A stretch of 54,266 nt of DNA, filler included, from Catajapyx aquilonaris (taxonomy: Eukaryota), in NCBI GenBank assembly GCA_000934665.2. It is 2 parts of 2 records of this genome, joined end to end, with 100 filler letters (N's around TTAATTAATTAA, not from the genome) between each part and the next. Parts side by side here need not be neighbours in the genome. Positions count along the whole stretch, not along the records: positions 1 to 27,061 come from KZ539288.1; 1 more part is not named here. One strand, written 5' to 3'. Below, piece after piece: positions 11,837 to 25,300 of this stretch (the stretch's first letter is position 1; each line of letters opens with the position of its first letter). A program made the position numbers and the translations under genes. The notes below the pieces were generated by a model. The model saw nothing but the letters and a program-made list of their open reading frames with translations. It was not told where the DNA came from and did no database searches.

Positions 11837-14800
11837 ATGCGTCGCGCCCGTCTCCTGCAGCGCCTACTGCAGCTGCCTTCCATCCTCGCGTCCTCCTCCG
11901 CCGCACCTGCCCCCATCCTCCTTGCGCCGCCGGTACTGCAGGTTGTGGCACCCGGCTGCAGCATCGGCGGTAGTACCTTCGTCCTCTCTGCCGGCCACGC
12001 CACGAGACGGCTCCTGCACCTGGCCCAGCAGGCATGTTGTGTGTGTACTCTTGGCCCTCTCGCATGCCTTTTTAGTTCGAGACTAGTGTGCGTCCAGCAC
12101 CCACCATTACACTCGGACTGATGAACAGCATACCGTAGGAAAAGCGTGAAACCGCGACCTTCGCTCCCGCTGCAAATAGGAGTGCTGTAATATTGCGGAA
12201 ATCGCGGGGGCGGAGGATTCATTTGGGTCTATTTTGAGCTATTTTGGCAATTCCCCGAGGGACTTCCGCAGGCATATTCTGACGCCAAATGCGAGGGTTT
12301 CTGGGCTTTAATGGCGTATTGTTCTGCCTGCTGATCTAGGATGAAACTGATTGCAAAGTGGTGTAATTACCCGCAGCCTTCTCCCACTCAGCCACAGTTT
12401 CGAGATATAATTTCCTGAATATAGGATCCCACATCCAGGATGATTACACTGTTTCTGCAAGCAATGCCCTCTGACATTATTACGTAGGTCGCGAGGGAGG
12501 TCGGCTAGAAACCTTTCAAACCTTGACCTCATTTTCACGTTTGGTTACGAAAGCCGTGCAATTTATGCAGAATGACGCCTTTTAAATCGCGGAAATGTGC
12601 ATGAAAAGGACTGCTCCATAATGCAGCAGGCTCATTCAGCCAGATTTTCTGTCATCTGGCTGGTGGTTACACGTATAATCATGGCCATTCCGGTTTCCAG
12701 GGTTACGGACTGGATCTTGACCCGCGGCGATTATAATGTCCCATCACTCTCGCGGTACCGGGACAAATTCTGCGAGAGTAAATACGGCGGGTGGGTGAGG
12801 ATGGATGACGCGGTGACATCACCACCTGTCATGATTGTGGGAATCGCATGTTGAAAGGAAAGAACCGACAATGGCAAGGTTTTTGCATCGACTCCCCCCC
12901 TCCGGATAGATCGATGTCCAGAGTGTTGCGACGAAACTGTAGAAAAGCCAGTAGGCTAATCTTTTCCTCTCCTCCGTGCGCCAAGTCCGGCCATAAAAGT
13001 CACGCGCGAGACGGAAATTACCTTCTCCAGACCTCTTTTGCAGCTTTCCAGGCATGACCTACATATGGAATCAATTCGTGTACAGAGTACGTAGGGTGAC
13101 CTCCACTTGTTGCTGAATAATTCTTCGCTGCTCTGCATGTTGACATGATACTGTGGCCACTTGTAGAATTCTGCTGATTATGGTGGTTGCCTACGTGTCA
13201 GGCTGCGTCATCAGATCTTATGAATGTTAAATGGGTTGTATGAAGCACCGAAATGAACATGTATAAAGGTGGCAAGTTGATTAGGGCAGATGCGCATCAA
13301 CTGCGATTATAATTAATGCGGTAGCAAGCTCATTACTTGCAAGGCAAACCAGCTGGCACGGGCTGGTGTGGACTAAGTGAAACAGGGGTAGATTTAATGT
13401 GCCTAATTTTCCGCGGACAGCACATCCGAATGTTATAAAAAGGCTTCCGCATCCCTAGCTCTGCAGTTGTCTTCAATCAGGTTGAAAGAGGAGGAGCTGC
13501 AGCCTGCAGGTACAGTGCAGGGCAGTAGAAATTTAAAGCGAAAATCGAGGCGGGGATGATAAATTTTTAAATTCTTAATGCAGGCCTGCTATTCTTCACA
13601 AACCTCTCTATTACCAGTCAAGTTCCTTTAATTTGCTGTTAGTGACTGAGGTTAAGGATGAGTGCTGATGAGCTTCTGCCACCACCGGACCGTCATAATC
13701 TCTTGTGTGTCAACCAAAGCACTAGACGGTGGAGCCTGTGGGAGGCTGAATCTCCTGCCTTCCCTGAAATTGAAATCGATGAGGTTGATGATGATGAGGT
13801 GCTGGCCATACTAGTGAAATTCGAACCTCTTCCTCTTTTCCGCATGATCAGAATCTCACTGATTAATTACTATCCTGTTCCAGAATAAGCAGGGGAAGTC
13901 GCAAGCATCCCGTGCCATCAACCATGAGGAGGAGGTCCGCAAGGGTAGCTATTCCTATGTGTGAGTAGAGTACTCGCATTGTCTTGGCCTAATGAAAAAT
14001 AAATACAGTATGGCTCTCTACTTTGCTAGTGGTGAGGAAAAACATGACCCAGTACGAAACGTGGAGGACGTGCTCTTTGACATGTACTGCTCTGAAGAGA
14101 CCAATCTTCTACATGTTGGGAAGTTTCTCACAGTATGTCTTTATTTACTCACTTCTAGCTAGCATGCATCACATTAAAATGTATGTCACTGCTAGTTGGT
14201 AATGACTACTGGGAATATGTGAGGTTTTTTTTTGGAAAAAGGGCAGATGTCACTAAAAGTGAATTTCCCAGGAAAGACATAAATGTGTCTGTCTCGGCCA
14301 TTGCTCACAATGTTAATTTGAGAATTAGATTTTGATTTGCGACTAGCAGAATGCCCTTTTGGCTTGAGAATTTTTCCACGTGAGCATCAGGATTGCCAGA
14401 TGAATACTGACGTGATAGTTTGAAATTTGGAATTTCTTGACATCTGCCCTTTTTCCAAAAAACCCCTCATGTGCACTGCAAGACTTTTTGGCCATGTAAT
14501 TTCTACACAGGGTGATACACTGTGTATACCCCCGTGTGCTTCGTGATAGCCTATAGCTCTCATCCATATCTAGGTGAAACCTCCTGAATGGTCATTGTCA
14601 GTCTCGCCTGTCGCCTCACCTTCAAGTGTAGTAGCAAGTGCCATAATTATACTGTACTATTCCAACCACATGTATAACTTCATGTCAAACTTAAAGGTGA
14701 GTGCACAGGAGGAAGCACCCTTTCCACTCATACAAATGTGTGTGCTAAAGGTTGAAACACACTGTATATAAATTGACACTTCTAATAAGGAAGTAGGATA

Positions 14801-17800
14801 AGATATGATAGATTACGTTCTCAATTTTGCATGGACAATCCAGTCATGTGTGTCTACCAGTGGGACTAGAATGACTGGAGCAAGTATGTAATGGTAGTCC
14901 CCGGTCTACGAATGGGGTTATGTTCCTGAAAATGCCCACAAGTAGAGTTTGTACATGACTTGGATCCCTGAGGAACAGTGAATACAGTGTGAAGATTCTG
15001 CTCCAACGAACCACTAACCAACTAAACCACTAAAGTAAATCTGGCCAGCTTGAAGTGAAATACTGCCAGATTTGTTTTTCTGAAAATGAGTACTCCCTGC
15101 CTTTAGGCAGTGCATTACCCTGTATATGGGATTTTTTTGTTTAAATTAGTGCATAAAGTCTTGTCAGTAATCCTATTTGACCTGCTAACAGATTAGTTGA
15201 CCATTATTATTGGAGAAGATAGATTGCCATTGTAGTTTACATAAATATGTTTTCAGGCTTTGCGCAGCACTGGCCTTCGCAAGGGAGATATTCGCTTGTC
15301 TGAGATGTACAAGACCTTGCAGAAGGTGCAGCATGAGCTGGGTCAGGATGGATCTGTTGAGACACTCAAGTTAGATCGTGAAACATTCAAAAGGTGAGTG
15401 CCATGTATTGCCACACACTCACCATGCTGAGACCTCTGTGACCAAGAATTAATTACCACCTGGTAGTGTGACAAAGAGTTTCACGGTCATCTAGTGGCTA
15501 CTAGTATATTAACATATTTTGAATAATGTAATTTTAATTCTGGAACTGAGGGCAGCATCCAGTGGCGGATCCAGAAAGTTTTTTCTGGGGGGGNNNNNNN
15601 NNNNNNNNNNNNNNNNNNNNNNNNNNNNNNNNNNNNNGGGTGTTCCAGTTCAAGGTCACAACCCTTTCTCCGTTCCTTGCGACCCCAAACCGGAAAAGAA
15701 CCCATAGAACAGTGCAATAGGTTTTTTCACATGGAAATAATTTTGATGGGTTCTCTCCATGCTCACTTGAGTTTCCTTGATGTTCTTCCATTTCCATCTG
15801 TAATCAAAATCTATCCCAGTGCTGTTAATGAATGAAGTAGAGGTACAAAACAAGATTGGCAAATCACGCAAATGGGATTCGAGCAGACTTTTTCTCATTG
15901 CCACGGAAATTCAAATTGGACAACAATGATGTAGAATGTTTCCAGTCTCATTTCTCGTATCCAAGTAACCGCCGGAAAATAATTTCTAAAGCATGTAGAC
16001 TTGACCTTGTAGGATGGAGTGAACCCAGAAAACCAGAAGTGGCCGGTCACTGGAAGTTGACCATGAAACATACAGTATTTAGGGTCCACTGAATCCGAAT
16101 CCGCAAAACGTTTGTCTCTAAAAATAGTTTGTTGCTATCTCTTGCAATTTAGGCCTTGATGCCTCTCCACAGACAGACAGATGGACGGATGGACAGAGCC
16201 ATTCTATAAGATATTTTTAAATGAGAAGAAGTCTAAAAAGAGGTTCCCCTAAGAAGCCACAAGTCTATCATGCAGTGCTCATTTATCGTTGTCGTTGTCA
16301 TCATTATTGGAATAATTGAAATGTAATACCTTCCTGACATTTCTGATACAAATAATGATCACAATTAACTGATCAATAATATACTGGTGGTTTTCATGGA
16401 AATGCCCTTTGGTTTTGAGCCTTGGCAGCCAGGGGGATGGGGGTGGTGGTGGTTATAGGTTAGGTGAGGTGATGTGAGCATAAAATCTGAAATGCAAAAA
16501 GGATTTAATAATTTTTAATTTGTGGCTGCAGGCGAATTTTCAAGCTAATAAATTATCATAAGATGAAGATGTACAATTTTATCATTAAAAATCATGGCGA
16601 CAATTTGTTGGATTCAAGTGTCAAATGTAGGTCCTTGTTTTTCTAATGAATAGACCAGCCTAACCCATAACCTATGATTCATGTGTATGAAACTGGATAT
16701 GGAGCATTTCATTTGATGATTTTTATTCATTTTTAGGGTGATTGCTGACAATATAGTGCTTATATCTCGGGCATTCCGGCACCAGTTCATTATCCCCAAC
16801 TTCCCTGACTTCACCAAGGATATTGAGGAGTTCTATTGGAAGTGCAAGACCATCTCTGGAGGGAAGGTCGCCAGCTACATTCCCCAACTAGCTCGCATGA
16901 ATCCTGATTATTGGGGTGTATCTGTGTGTACCATTGATGGACAACGATATTCCATTGGTGATGTGACAGTGCCATTCACCATCCAGTCCTGCAGCAAGCC
17001 ACTTACATATGCCATTGCTCTGAATGAACTGGGTGCTGATGTGGTGCACCAGTACATAGGACAGGAGCCAAGTGGTCGCATGTTCAATGAACTGGTCCTT
17101 GACTACAACAGTATGTCCTTTTCATAGCCTTTTAACTATGTAGACCTATATACTATAGGGTTAGTATAGATGTGATGAAACATCAATTTTGTTATTTCCA
17201 GAGAAACCTCACAATCCTATGGTGAATGCAGGTGCTATAGTCATATCATCACTGCTGCACACTATTATCAAGCCTGAGATGACATTGGCTGAGAAGTTTG
17301 ACTACACACAGAGTTACTTTCGGGTAAAGCTCACTAATAACATACAGGAAATTTAGGATGAACCAAATATTTTATGTAGAAAGCTAGAAAATTTCGGTGT
17401 TACAAAATTGTTATATGCAAAGAAAATATCCACATGTTGCACATTTGTGAGATTGATCAATTCATTCTTTTTTGCTCTGTCATTGATTCTTGTAACTGAA
17501 TTTCAAGTTCACCTACTAAAACTTACATGTCCCATTCATTTTGATATCAGCACTGAAACAATAGCTTATACATCTATTGTATATTCCCACAGAGACTGGC
17601 TGGTGGAGAAAACATCGGGTTCAACAATGCTGTATTTCTGTCTGAGAGGGAAGCAGCTGACAGAAATTATGCCCTAGGTTTCTACATGCGTGAGAACAAG
17701 TGCTTCCCAGAAAAGACTAATCTCAAGGAAGCCATGGATTTCTACTTTCAGGTAAGTTTGCAATGATTAAATTTTTTGTGTGGACGGAATATATGACACA

Positions 17801-20133
17801 TGTTTTGATCATTTTCAACCTGATCTCAATCCTTTGGCCTCCTTCTTCCAACACTGCTTTATTGATTGATTCCTTGTCATTTATTTTCCCACTGAGTAGC
17901 TGATCTTTACAAATGGCAGCAGATTGACTAGATAACTAGTTTTAATGTCTTCACTGATGCATTTTGATGTGAAGATTTTTCCACCTTCCAAATTAGAAAA
18001 AAATATGCAGAGGTGATGCTCTGGAGCATTCACCATGTTTATAAGTGAAAAAATGTGTTACATAGCATGCAGTTGGCCCTGTTTTACAATGCTCCATTTT
18101 ATGATGTTTCTCATTAGTGACATCTTCAATATTACCTTAATAATTATTGAAAATTAATTTGAAAGGTGCATTGTGACGTCATGGCCCTTAGGTATACAGA
18201 GGTAGGCCTCATTACAACCGTGTTTTATGGGAACTTACGAGTAACTCCATGAAACAGTGCCTAAGTGCTTATTCAAACTTTGAGTGTGTAGCAGTTGAAG
18301 ATGGGTGACTTGCACAATGACAGATCTTTACAGTACTACAAGTTATTCTAACATCATTCTCTACTTGTTGACAGTGTTGCTCCATGGAGGTGAACTGTGA
18401 GTCAATGGCTGTGACAGCTGCCACCCTAGCTAATGGTGGCATTTGCCCAATATCAGGAGAGAAGGCACTGAAGCCTGACTCTGTGAGAGATGTCCTCTCG
18501 CTAATGCACTCCTGTGGCATGTATGATTACTCTGGCCAGTTTGCTTTCAACGTGGGGTTGCCAGCCAAGTCAGGGGTTTGTGGTGCTCTGCTGGTTGTCA
18601 TTCCAAATGTCATGGGGCTTGCCATTTGGTCTCCGCCACTTGATCCATTTGGGAATAGTGTTCGTGGAGTCCAGTTCTGCTCAGTAAGTTACATCATTTA
18701 TACCTTGCCTACTTTCATGTATAGTACTAACAGAGTGCACTTTGCTGGGAGCTGAGGTATGCTCATGCTGATTAAATTTGACATTAATATCAATATACAT
18801 CAAGGCCATTTTATTGTCATTGTGAGTTGTATGTAGACTCTATGAAAACAAATATGTGACTACAGGTTTTTGTGACTGCACCAGAAAAGGAAGATTTTTC
18901 TCCATGAACAAACCATCAGAGTGATCTGGGGATCTAAGTTAGGAGTCAGAGGTAGAAGGCTGTGGTGGTGACCATCATGGCACCATGCCACCTACAATTA
19001 TATGTATGGTATAATTATAGTATGGAGGAATAGGTAACTCTTTGAAACAACAATGTCAATGTAAATTCTCATCTGATTTGAAGGGGCACAAGCATATGAG
19101 AAAGGTGTAGCAGTTCTGAGCAATACCATCAGAGTGAAGGATGTGTGATTATAAAACAATGAAGAAGTTTATTGATGTACAACATCTCAATGACTGTTTA
19201 TCAATATGAGAAAGGGAGGGGGGGGGGGGAGCATGAGACATGTCTACTTATTTTTAACATCACAGACTGATTTTTGATCTCAAGGTCACAAGATGTCACA
19301 AGAACATGTTGCTAAATAGATTAGCCAATGTGAAGTTGATAACTTTTTGCTTCCCATAAGGTCAATGATCATTATGTGTATTGGAAACTTGACAGCCATA
19401 AATTTTTCACAGACAGTGTGATAGTTTGGCACCCCATGGTGTTACACTTGGGTTCTCCAAAATTGAAGAACCAGGGAAATTATCTATAGTTTTATCCCCA
19501 TGGATATAATAGGGCACTTTTTTTTGTCACTGAAGGAAAAATTATGTGAGGTTCCAGCCATAGTGCACTAGTGTTGATGATAGTAGTGTACTATACCTTA
19601 TGTGCAACTACCAGATACATTTTCAGATATTTATACATGACTTGACAATATTCTTTATGTGTAGTGCATACCAATGTGATTCATACATTCTGTTTGATTT
19701 TTAGGAGCTGGTGAATGTTTTCAACTTCCATCGTTATGACAATCTGAAACATGCAGCGAATAAGAAAGACCCCCGGCGGCATAAGTACGAGACTAAAGGG
19801 CTGAGCATTGTTAACCTGCTGTTTGCAGCTGCAAGTGGTGATGTCACTTCTATGCGCCGACAAAAGTTGTCTGGGATGGACATGACCCAGGCAGATTATG
19901 ACGGACGTACTGCTCTCCACTTGGCAGCAGCAGAGGGTCATTTGGAAGCAGTGGAATTCCTATTAAGGCATTGTGGGGTCAGTTACAGCCCTATGGACAG
20001 ATGGGGACATAGGCCTGTAGATGATGCAGAGCATTTTGGCCAGACGGTCGTGGTGCAGTTCCTGAAGCAGTGGAGCGAGGAGCACCCAGAGGTGCCTGCC
20101 ATGAATGGTGATGAGGTTCGTCCAGAGGCCTGA
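11837..20133 (+). CDS. GLS: Glutaminase (kidney/KGA-like isoform with N-terminal EF-hand-like domain and C-terminal ankyrin repeats)
   Basis: Common exons 13884-13960, 14030-14132, 15257-15393, 16737-17110, 17202-17323, 17593-17751, 18375-18683, 19705-20133 join in frame (569 aa). Motifs: EDVLFD...[20 protein letters not shown], catalytic [41 protein letters not shown], ankyrin [16 protein letters not shown]. First exon uncertain; 11837-12031 ([11 protein letters not shown]..., presequence-like, GC donor) is used for the start. Confidence 0.93.
13434..13468 (+). promoter_or_regulatory. Candidate internal TATA + Initiator promoter of a glutaminase isoform
   Basis: TATAAAA at 13434-13440 with Inr-like GCAGTT whose A (13465) lies 31 nt downstream, followed by a candidate first coding exon at 13658-13798. 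Confidence 0.45.
14220..14470. mobile_element. Small MITE-like element in a glutaminase intron
   Basis: ttttggaaaaagggcagatgtca (~14230-14252) is the exact reverse complement of tgacatctgccctttttccaaaa (14438-14460), with weaker matches extending outward. Confidence 0.6.
15594..15637. other. Assembly gap (44 N) in a glutaminase intron
   Basis: N run flanked by G homopolymers; the upstream cagtggcggatccag resembles a hAT-type transposon end. Confidence 0.95.
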
Positions 20134-20483
20134 ATCAGCTTCAGGAGAGGATTAATGTTTCAGGCTGGTGATGCTTTTCTTCTCGACAATAAGGGGTTGG
20201 GGAAGGGGTACACAATTCTAGGTTCATAATAGGAAGAGAAAAACAGAGATTATAAATGTCATCCATGCATATGCTTTCTTGTATTATTGTACCTCCTTTT
20301 TCCTAACCTCAAATGAATTACACTAGTTGAAGTTTTCTATCTGCTGTGGCGTTCTACATGCTGGTAAGTTTAACTTTATGAAATTAATGTTGGTCTAGTT
20401 TTGGTATCATAGAGCTTATCTTATTCTGAACATCGTCTCTATCTTCAGAATAACTGTCATTTTACTGTATAGCAATAATCTAT

Positions 20484-20829
20484 GGGAGGTGCCGTGGCCG
20501 AGATGGTAATGTCTCGGCTTGCTGAGTGAAAGGTCCCAGGTTCGATTCCCACCTGGGACTTCCCTTTCACCAGCGTCAGGAGGGTATCTCACCCACACCT
20601 TGGAGGTGTCTGGCAACCTAACCTCCTGGGGGACTGCACATGGCCCAAAGCAACGACATTGCACCTGCACCTGTGTCCCCTCTCCAGAAATCCCCATCCC
20701 TACCTTATATTTTTTCATCCCTGCACAGTGTTCAAAGAAAATCACAGAAAACTGGATGGAAATATGGTGGTGTTCCACCCCCCTAAGAGGGCCCATGGCC
20801 CTATCACTGGGTATACAGTATATTTAAAA
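20484..20829 (+). mobile_element. tRNA-derived SINE, family 1, copy 1 (downstream of glutaminase stop)
   Basis: A box tggccgagatgg, B box ggttcgattcc; body homologous to 24907-25277 (shared acaccttggaggtgtctggcaacctaacctcctgggg); flanking actg(t/c)atagcaataat direct repeat at 20464-20479 / 20830-20845. Confidence 0.85.
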
Positions 20830-22360
20830 ACTGCATAGCAATAATAATCGGCAATAATAGTAGTGCAATGCTGGGATTAATGATAATTAAAACCACTGTG
20901 TTAATTGTCAAATGGTCTGCTTCAGAGAGAGACAAGGTTTATTTCAATTTTTTTTGTAAGTGTATAAATGTGTGCATCCTTTTGACAGTTTTGATATTCA
21001 CCTTCATAAAGTAGACCTACATGATATTCAGTATTAAAATAATTTATTAGTAACAGACATGTAGGCCTACACTATTCACTATTGCAATCAATGATAGAAT
21101 AAAATTGACTTGTAAATCCAAGTGTTAGCAAAAAATGATGAATGTGCAAAAGTATCATATCATTCATATGTATCGTACAGTATGTGGCCTACACTAGCCA
21201 CATGATAACCTGTCAATCATCCTAGGTAGAACTCAGCCACATGCCTCCAGATGGTTCCCCACGAACTGTTCCATATAGCCTACCTGTAGGATCATGATCG
21301 TACAGGTTTCGTAGCATCAGAGAGACCCTAAAAATCTAAAAATCTATGTTAAAGAAACCCCGTTATTACAAGACTCTAGAATTTAGATAAGGGATTCTAA
21401 ACCTTTTTACCCTTGTGGAACCCTTAAAATATAATACTGTTGTCTCAGGAAACCCCTACATAAAAATTATTAGTCTATCAGTAATGATTCAATAAACCTG
21501 TACCTGTATGATTGGCCTATTCATCACTATTTTTCATGCAGAACCCCAGTTGAGAAACCCTGATCTAGATGATTAACAGGTCCGGAGTTATTATTATTGG
21601 AAGCTGTAGCAATTACCTCGTGTGGGCTGCTCTGTAATGAAGACGGTAATGCCTAAAATAACAATGTAAACTGAAATGCATCAGTTGTGTGTAAGTTATT
21701 TATGTCCATTATTTACTACTTTATGATTTATACGCAAATTTTCCAATTTGAAAATGTACGGTGTAGTCCTATTATTACTCCTATAGGTGATAGCTCTAGC
21801 CTCAAGGTCTTGTATCATATAGATGATATAAGCGCTTTACCTTATTCTGAACAGTGTTCTGAACATAGAGTAAGAATGGGGCAATCCGTCATCTGTACGA
21901 CTGAATCATGCCGTTGAGATGTTTTATTCACAGTGTGTTCGTTGGGCGGAACTTGGAGTTGCTCTCCTGCAGAGATGCTTGAATCTGTTGAATGAAGGTG
22001 GTGATTTGCCATATTTGGTTATTTCCGACCCTAGAGAGGATCTAGTGCGTCTGCGGCAACTTGTGGCAGCAGCGCTCGACGTGTGTGCGCACGCATTCCT
22101 TGCCGGGTAGCAGGAGAGAGCGGTTCCTTTCCCAATCAGCCCGTCCTTCCTTCCGTCGAGGAGCAGCACGCGGGAGGATCGTCGGAGGTCAGTCAGCGCA
22201 TCGCGTTCGCTGACATCGGAAGCCGCTGCACACCGTCCGTCGACCTCGACCCCAGCCTCCTCGCGGTGTAATATTATAGCCCCCTTGGGTCTGCTGGTGG
22301 TGGGGCGACCGGCGACAAGAGGTCAGCCCCGGGCAGGAGACCAGCCAGCAGCAGCGCAAC

Positions 22361-25300
22361 ATGTCCGGAGACGTGCAGCCCAGGAGGAGGAAGGACAAGC
22401 GGCGCAAGAAGGGTGAGCAGCAGCAGGCCAGAATTGCAGGTAGATCAGGCCACAGGCAGGGATGCGATACTCGATCCTCATCGGTACGTGCAGGACTACT
22501 TGTGTTACGTCGTCGCGCCCTGGTGCGTGCGACATTCCAACGACAGCCCTCAGCGGCCATCAGCACGGTCGCAGCACATTCCAGTACGCAGGCCGAGAAA
22601 TGAGCGGCGAGGATGGTGCATTTTTGCATTTCCATAATTTGCAAGGGACATCTTCTCATCTCGTCTTTTGAGGTGGAAAAGAGAAAGGGGGGCGCGAGAG
22701 AGCAGGGTACAGGACGGGAGGGGGTCGAGCCCACGCACTTCGAGATCGCGTCCTCTGCATCTCCCCTCTATATCACTTTCGGCCCAGTAAAAGCGACGTG
22801 TCACAAAAAGACCGAGGCCACGCGCTCCACCACTATTTTTAGGCCACCCCTACATGCTCTCACTGGGCACACACACACTACCACACCACCAACCCCACTC
22901 TCTCTCTCACGATGCAGCAGCCTTACATTCAAAATAAACTGTACACAAATACCTGCATGAGTGCTGTTGTTGCTCCCGTTTAATGAGGGAGGTAGGGAGA
23001 GGGCCATGCCACAGCCATTGTACTCAGCTGGTCCTCTCCACATGGCTGGATGTGTGTGACCAAATGCCTGCCTTCCAGGTGTGAAATAAGATGTAATTAC
23101 ATTGCACATGTTTAGCTTCAGATGGCAGAAATGGAGGGGGAAAAAGAAGGCTAGGTGATCACTTCATAATTCTGCAATTATGTTTTTAATTCTCAGATAT
23201 TGTTACATGCTGCAATGAGCCTTGAGAATGTGTCTAGTCATGTACTTTAAGTGAGGCAAGGAGAGTAAGACATTTTATACTGTCATTATAGGTCATTCGG
23301 TTTTAGAATGTATCATATGTCACATGCCTTGAAAATTTCTTTTCTGTGCCAGTTCAGGTTTTTACTGAAGAATGCATCAGAAATAATGTTACCATGAAGC
23401 CACATGTTTCTTACTGTTCGGATTTTTACCTTCTTAGCATATAAATATGAGCAGGTGGAATATATGTAAATACTTGCCAAACAACATATTGCAATAACCC
23501 GTAGCACACTTGGAGGCCTTGCAACAAGAAGAATATCGTGAAGAAAGGCAGCGGAGTTCAAGTCTTGGCAGCTGTGGTACAATAGAAGCTGAACTGGTGG
23601 AGCCAAGTGACATCAGAGGTAGATGAGGCAGCATTGTCTCATGTGTCAGTGTAGAGTTCCCTGCTAATAGTCATGAATATAACCACCAATAACAAGGAGA
23701 AGGTAACAGTAAAGAGCAGAGTATTAAGACCTGATCAAGATATGCCAGCATGGCTGCTTCACTCCCACCCCGTCTGAACTATAGGTTATTGGCCACTTAA
23801 TAAATCATGAGGGATGTTTTTTTTGTTTTTTTTGGCACTGCGCAATAGCAAGAAATTAACTGAGATCTGGCCACATGAACAGCTTGCTGTTGTTGATCGC
23901 ATAATGCTGTGTTGCATTTATGTGTAAGGATTGGCGGCTGAAGTGACAATAGTAAAACACATACTAGTGGCATAAATGATCATTTTTAGAGAAATATTCC
24001 AATATCATTTTCTAAGCTACTTGGTGGTTTGTTCCAGGTATGACAGTGGCCAATAATAGCTCATTTGCCCCCAGTACCCGAGTAGGACTGACTGATGGAA
24101 ACTACTTGCAATACAGTGTATGACTAGTTACCATGTGATCCTCAAGCCTGTCTGATGCATGATTTGAGTGCATGTGAGTAGTTCGCTCGCTGCCAGTCCT
24201 CCTCGGGATGGTGAGGGCCCATTTGGAATGGGCCTCCATCCCTCGTATGCGCTAAGGATTGTAATGCCTCATTTCTTGTACAGTCAGCATGGTTATGATT
24301 TTCATTATGGTAATTTTTTGTTTGCACTTGGTCCTTGATGTAGTGTATGGGCTTGTCACTGTATTTCAGTAAATTTCATGCTGACTATCCAATATGTTCA
24401 TAAAGTGCATGAGCAGGCCAAGCCTAAAAATCTATGAATCTGAATTTCTTCTTTGTCCTACCATTGTCTTAAGAATAAGGTTGAGGTGTAGATAGATTTT
24501 TTATTGGGTAATAATTTTTTTCAAGAACGTTGATATGGAAGCCTACAGTTGAATATTGGAATTGGTATGTGCTACATCTCCATTCATTTAGTAGTTAATT
24601 GATTGAATCCCCACATTAGGTAACAATTTTTCAGTTGAAATAAACATGACTTGATATTCTGTACCCATTTACACAGACTGCAATAGTGTTTTGTGCTTTT
24701 GCCCCATTCATAATGTAGGCAATTGGCAGAAAGGAGGCCACATAAGTGTCCCTGCATCAGACTGAATTTATTACTGGAGTGGCCTTTGATTATGCACTTT
24801 CCGTGGTGTCGCCTACAGAGTTGAGTGTAACTAGATGAAACCCTTGATGCAGATGAACTATTACAGACTTACTGTAATATTGTTTGTGGTTAATTATAAG
24901 GCACTAGGGGAGGTGTGGTGGCCGTGATGGTAACGTCACGGCTTGCTGAGTGAAAGGCCCCAGGTTCGATCCCCGCCTGGGGAACTTTCCTTTCACCTAC
25001 ATCAGGAGGGTCTCTGACCTACACCTTGGAGGTGTCTGGCAACCTAACCTCCTGGGGAACAGCACATGACCCCTTTACCGACATTGCACTTGCACCAATG
25101 TTCCCTCCCCAAAAATCCCTACCCCTACCCTACATCCTTGACTCCTTGCACCAGTGAATGAAGAAAAAAGTGTAATACACAGAGAAAACTGATGGTGGTG
25201 TGCCACCCCCCAAAGAGGCCCTTGATGCCTAGCACGGGGTAAAATAAATGAAATAAATAAAAAGAAATAAATAAAAATATAAGGCACTACATTGCTTGAA

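Noticed and set aside
15559..16215. hAT-like end (cagtggcggatccag) and Helitron-like (gaca/gatg)n fragment around the 44-N gap
   Set aside because: Only one end is visible for each and the gap hides the structure; boundaries cannot be supported.
628..20133. Functional clustering of RagC/D and glutaminase (glutaminolysis feeds Rag-mTORC1)
   Set aside because: An unrelated gene lies between them and there is no evidence of co-regulation; likely coincidence.
20484..20560. tRNA gene calls at 20484, 24907 and 53766
   Set aside because: A/B boxes are present but each continues into a ~300-bp body with tail and TSD, so these are SINE heads rather than tRNAs.
21248..21562. hAT-like terminus (reverse of cagggtttctcaactggggttc)
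   Set aside because: No convincing matching left TIR or 8-bp TSD.
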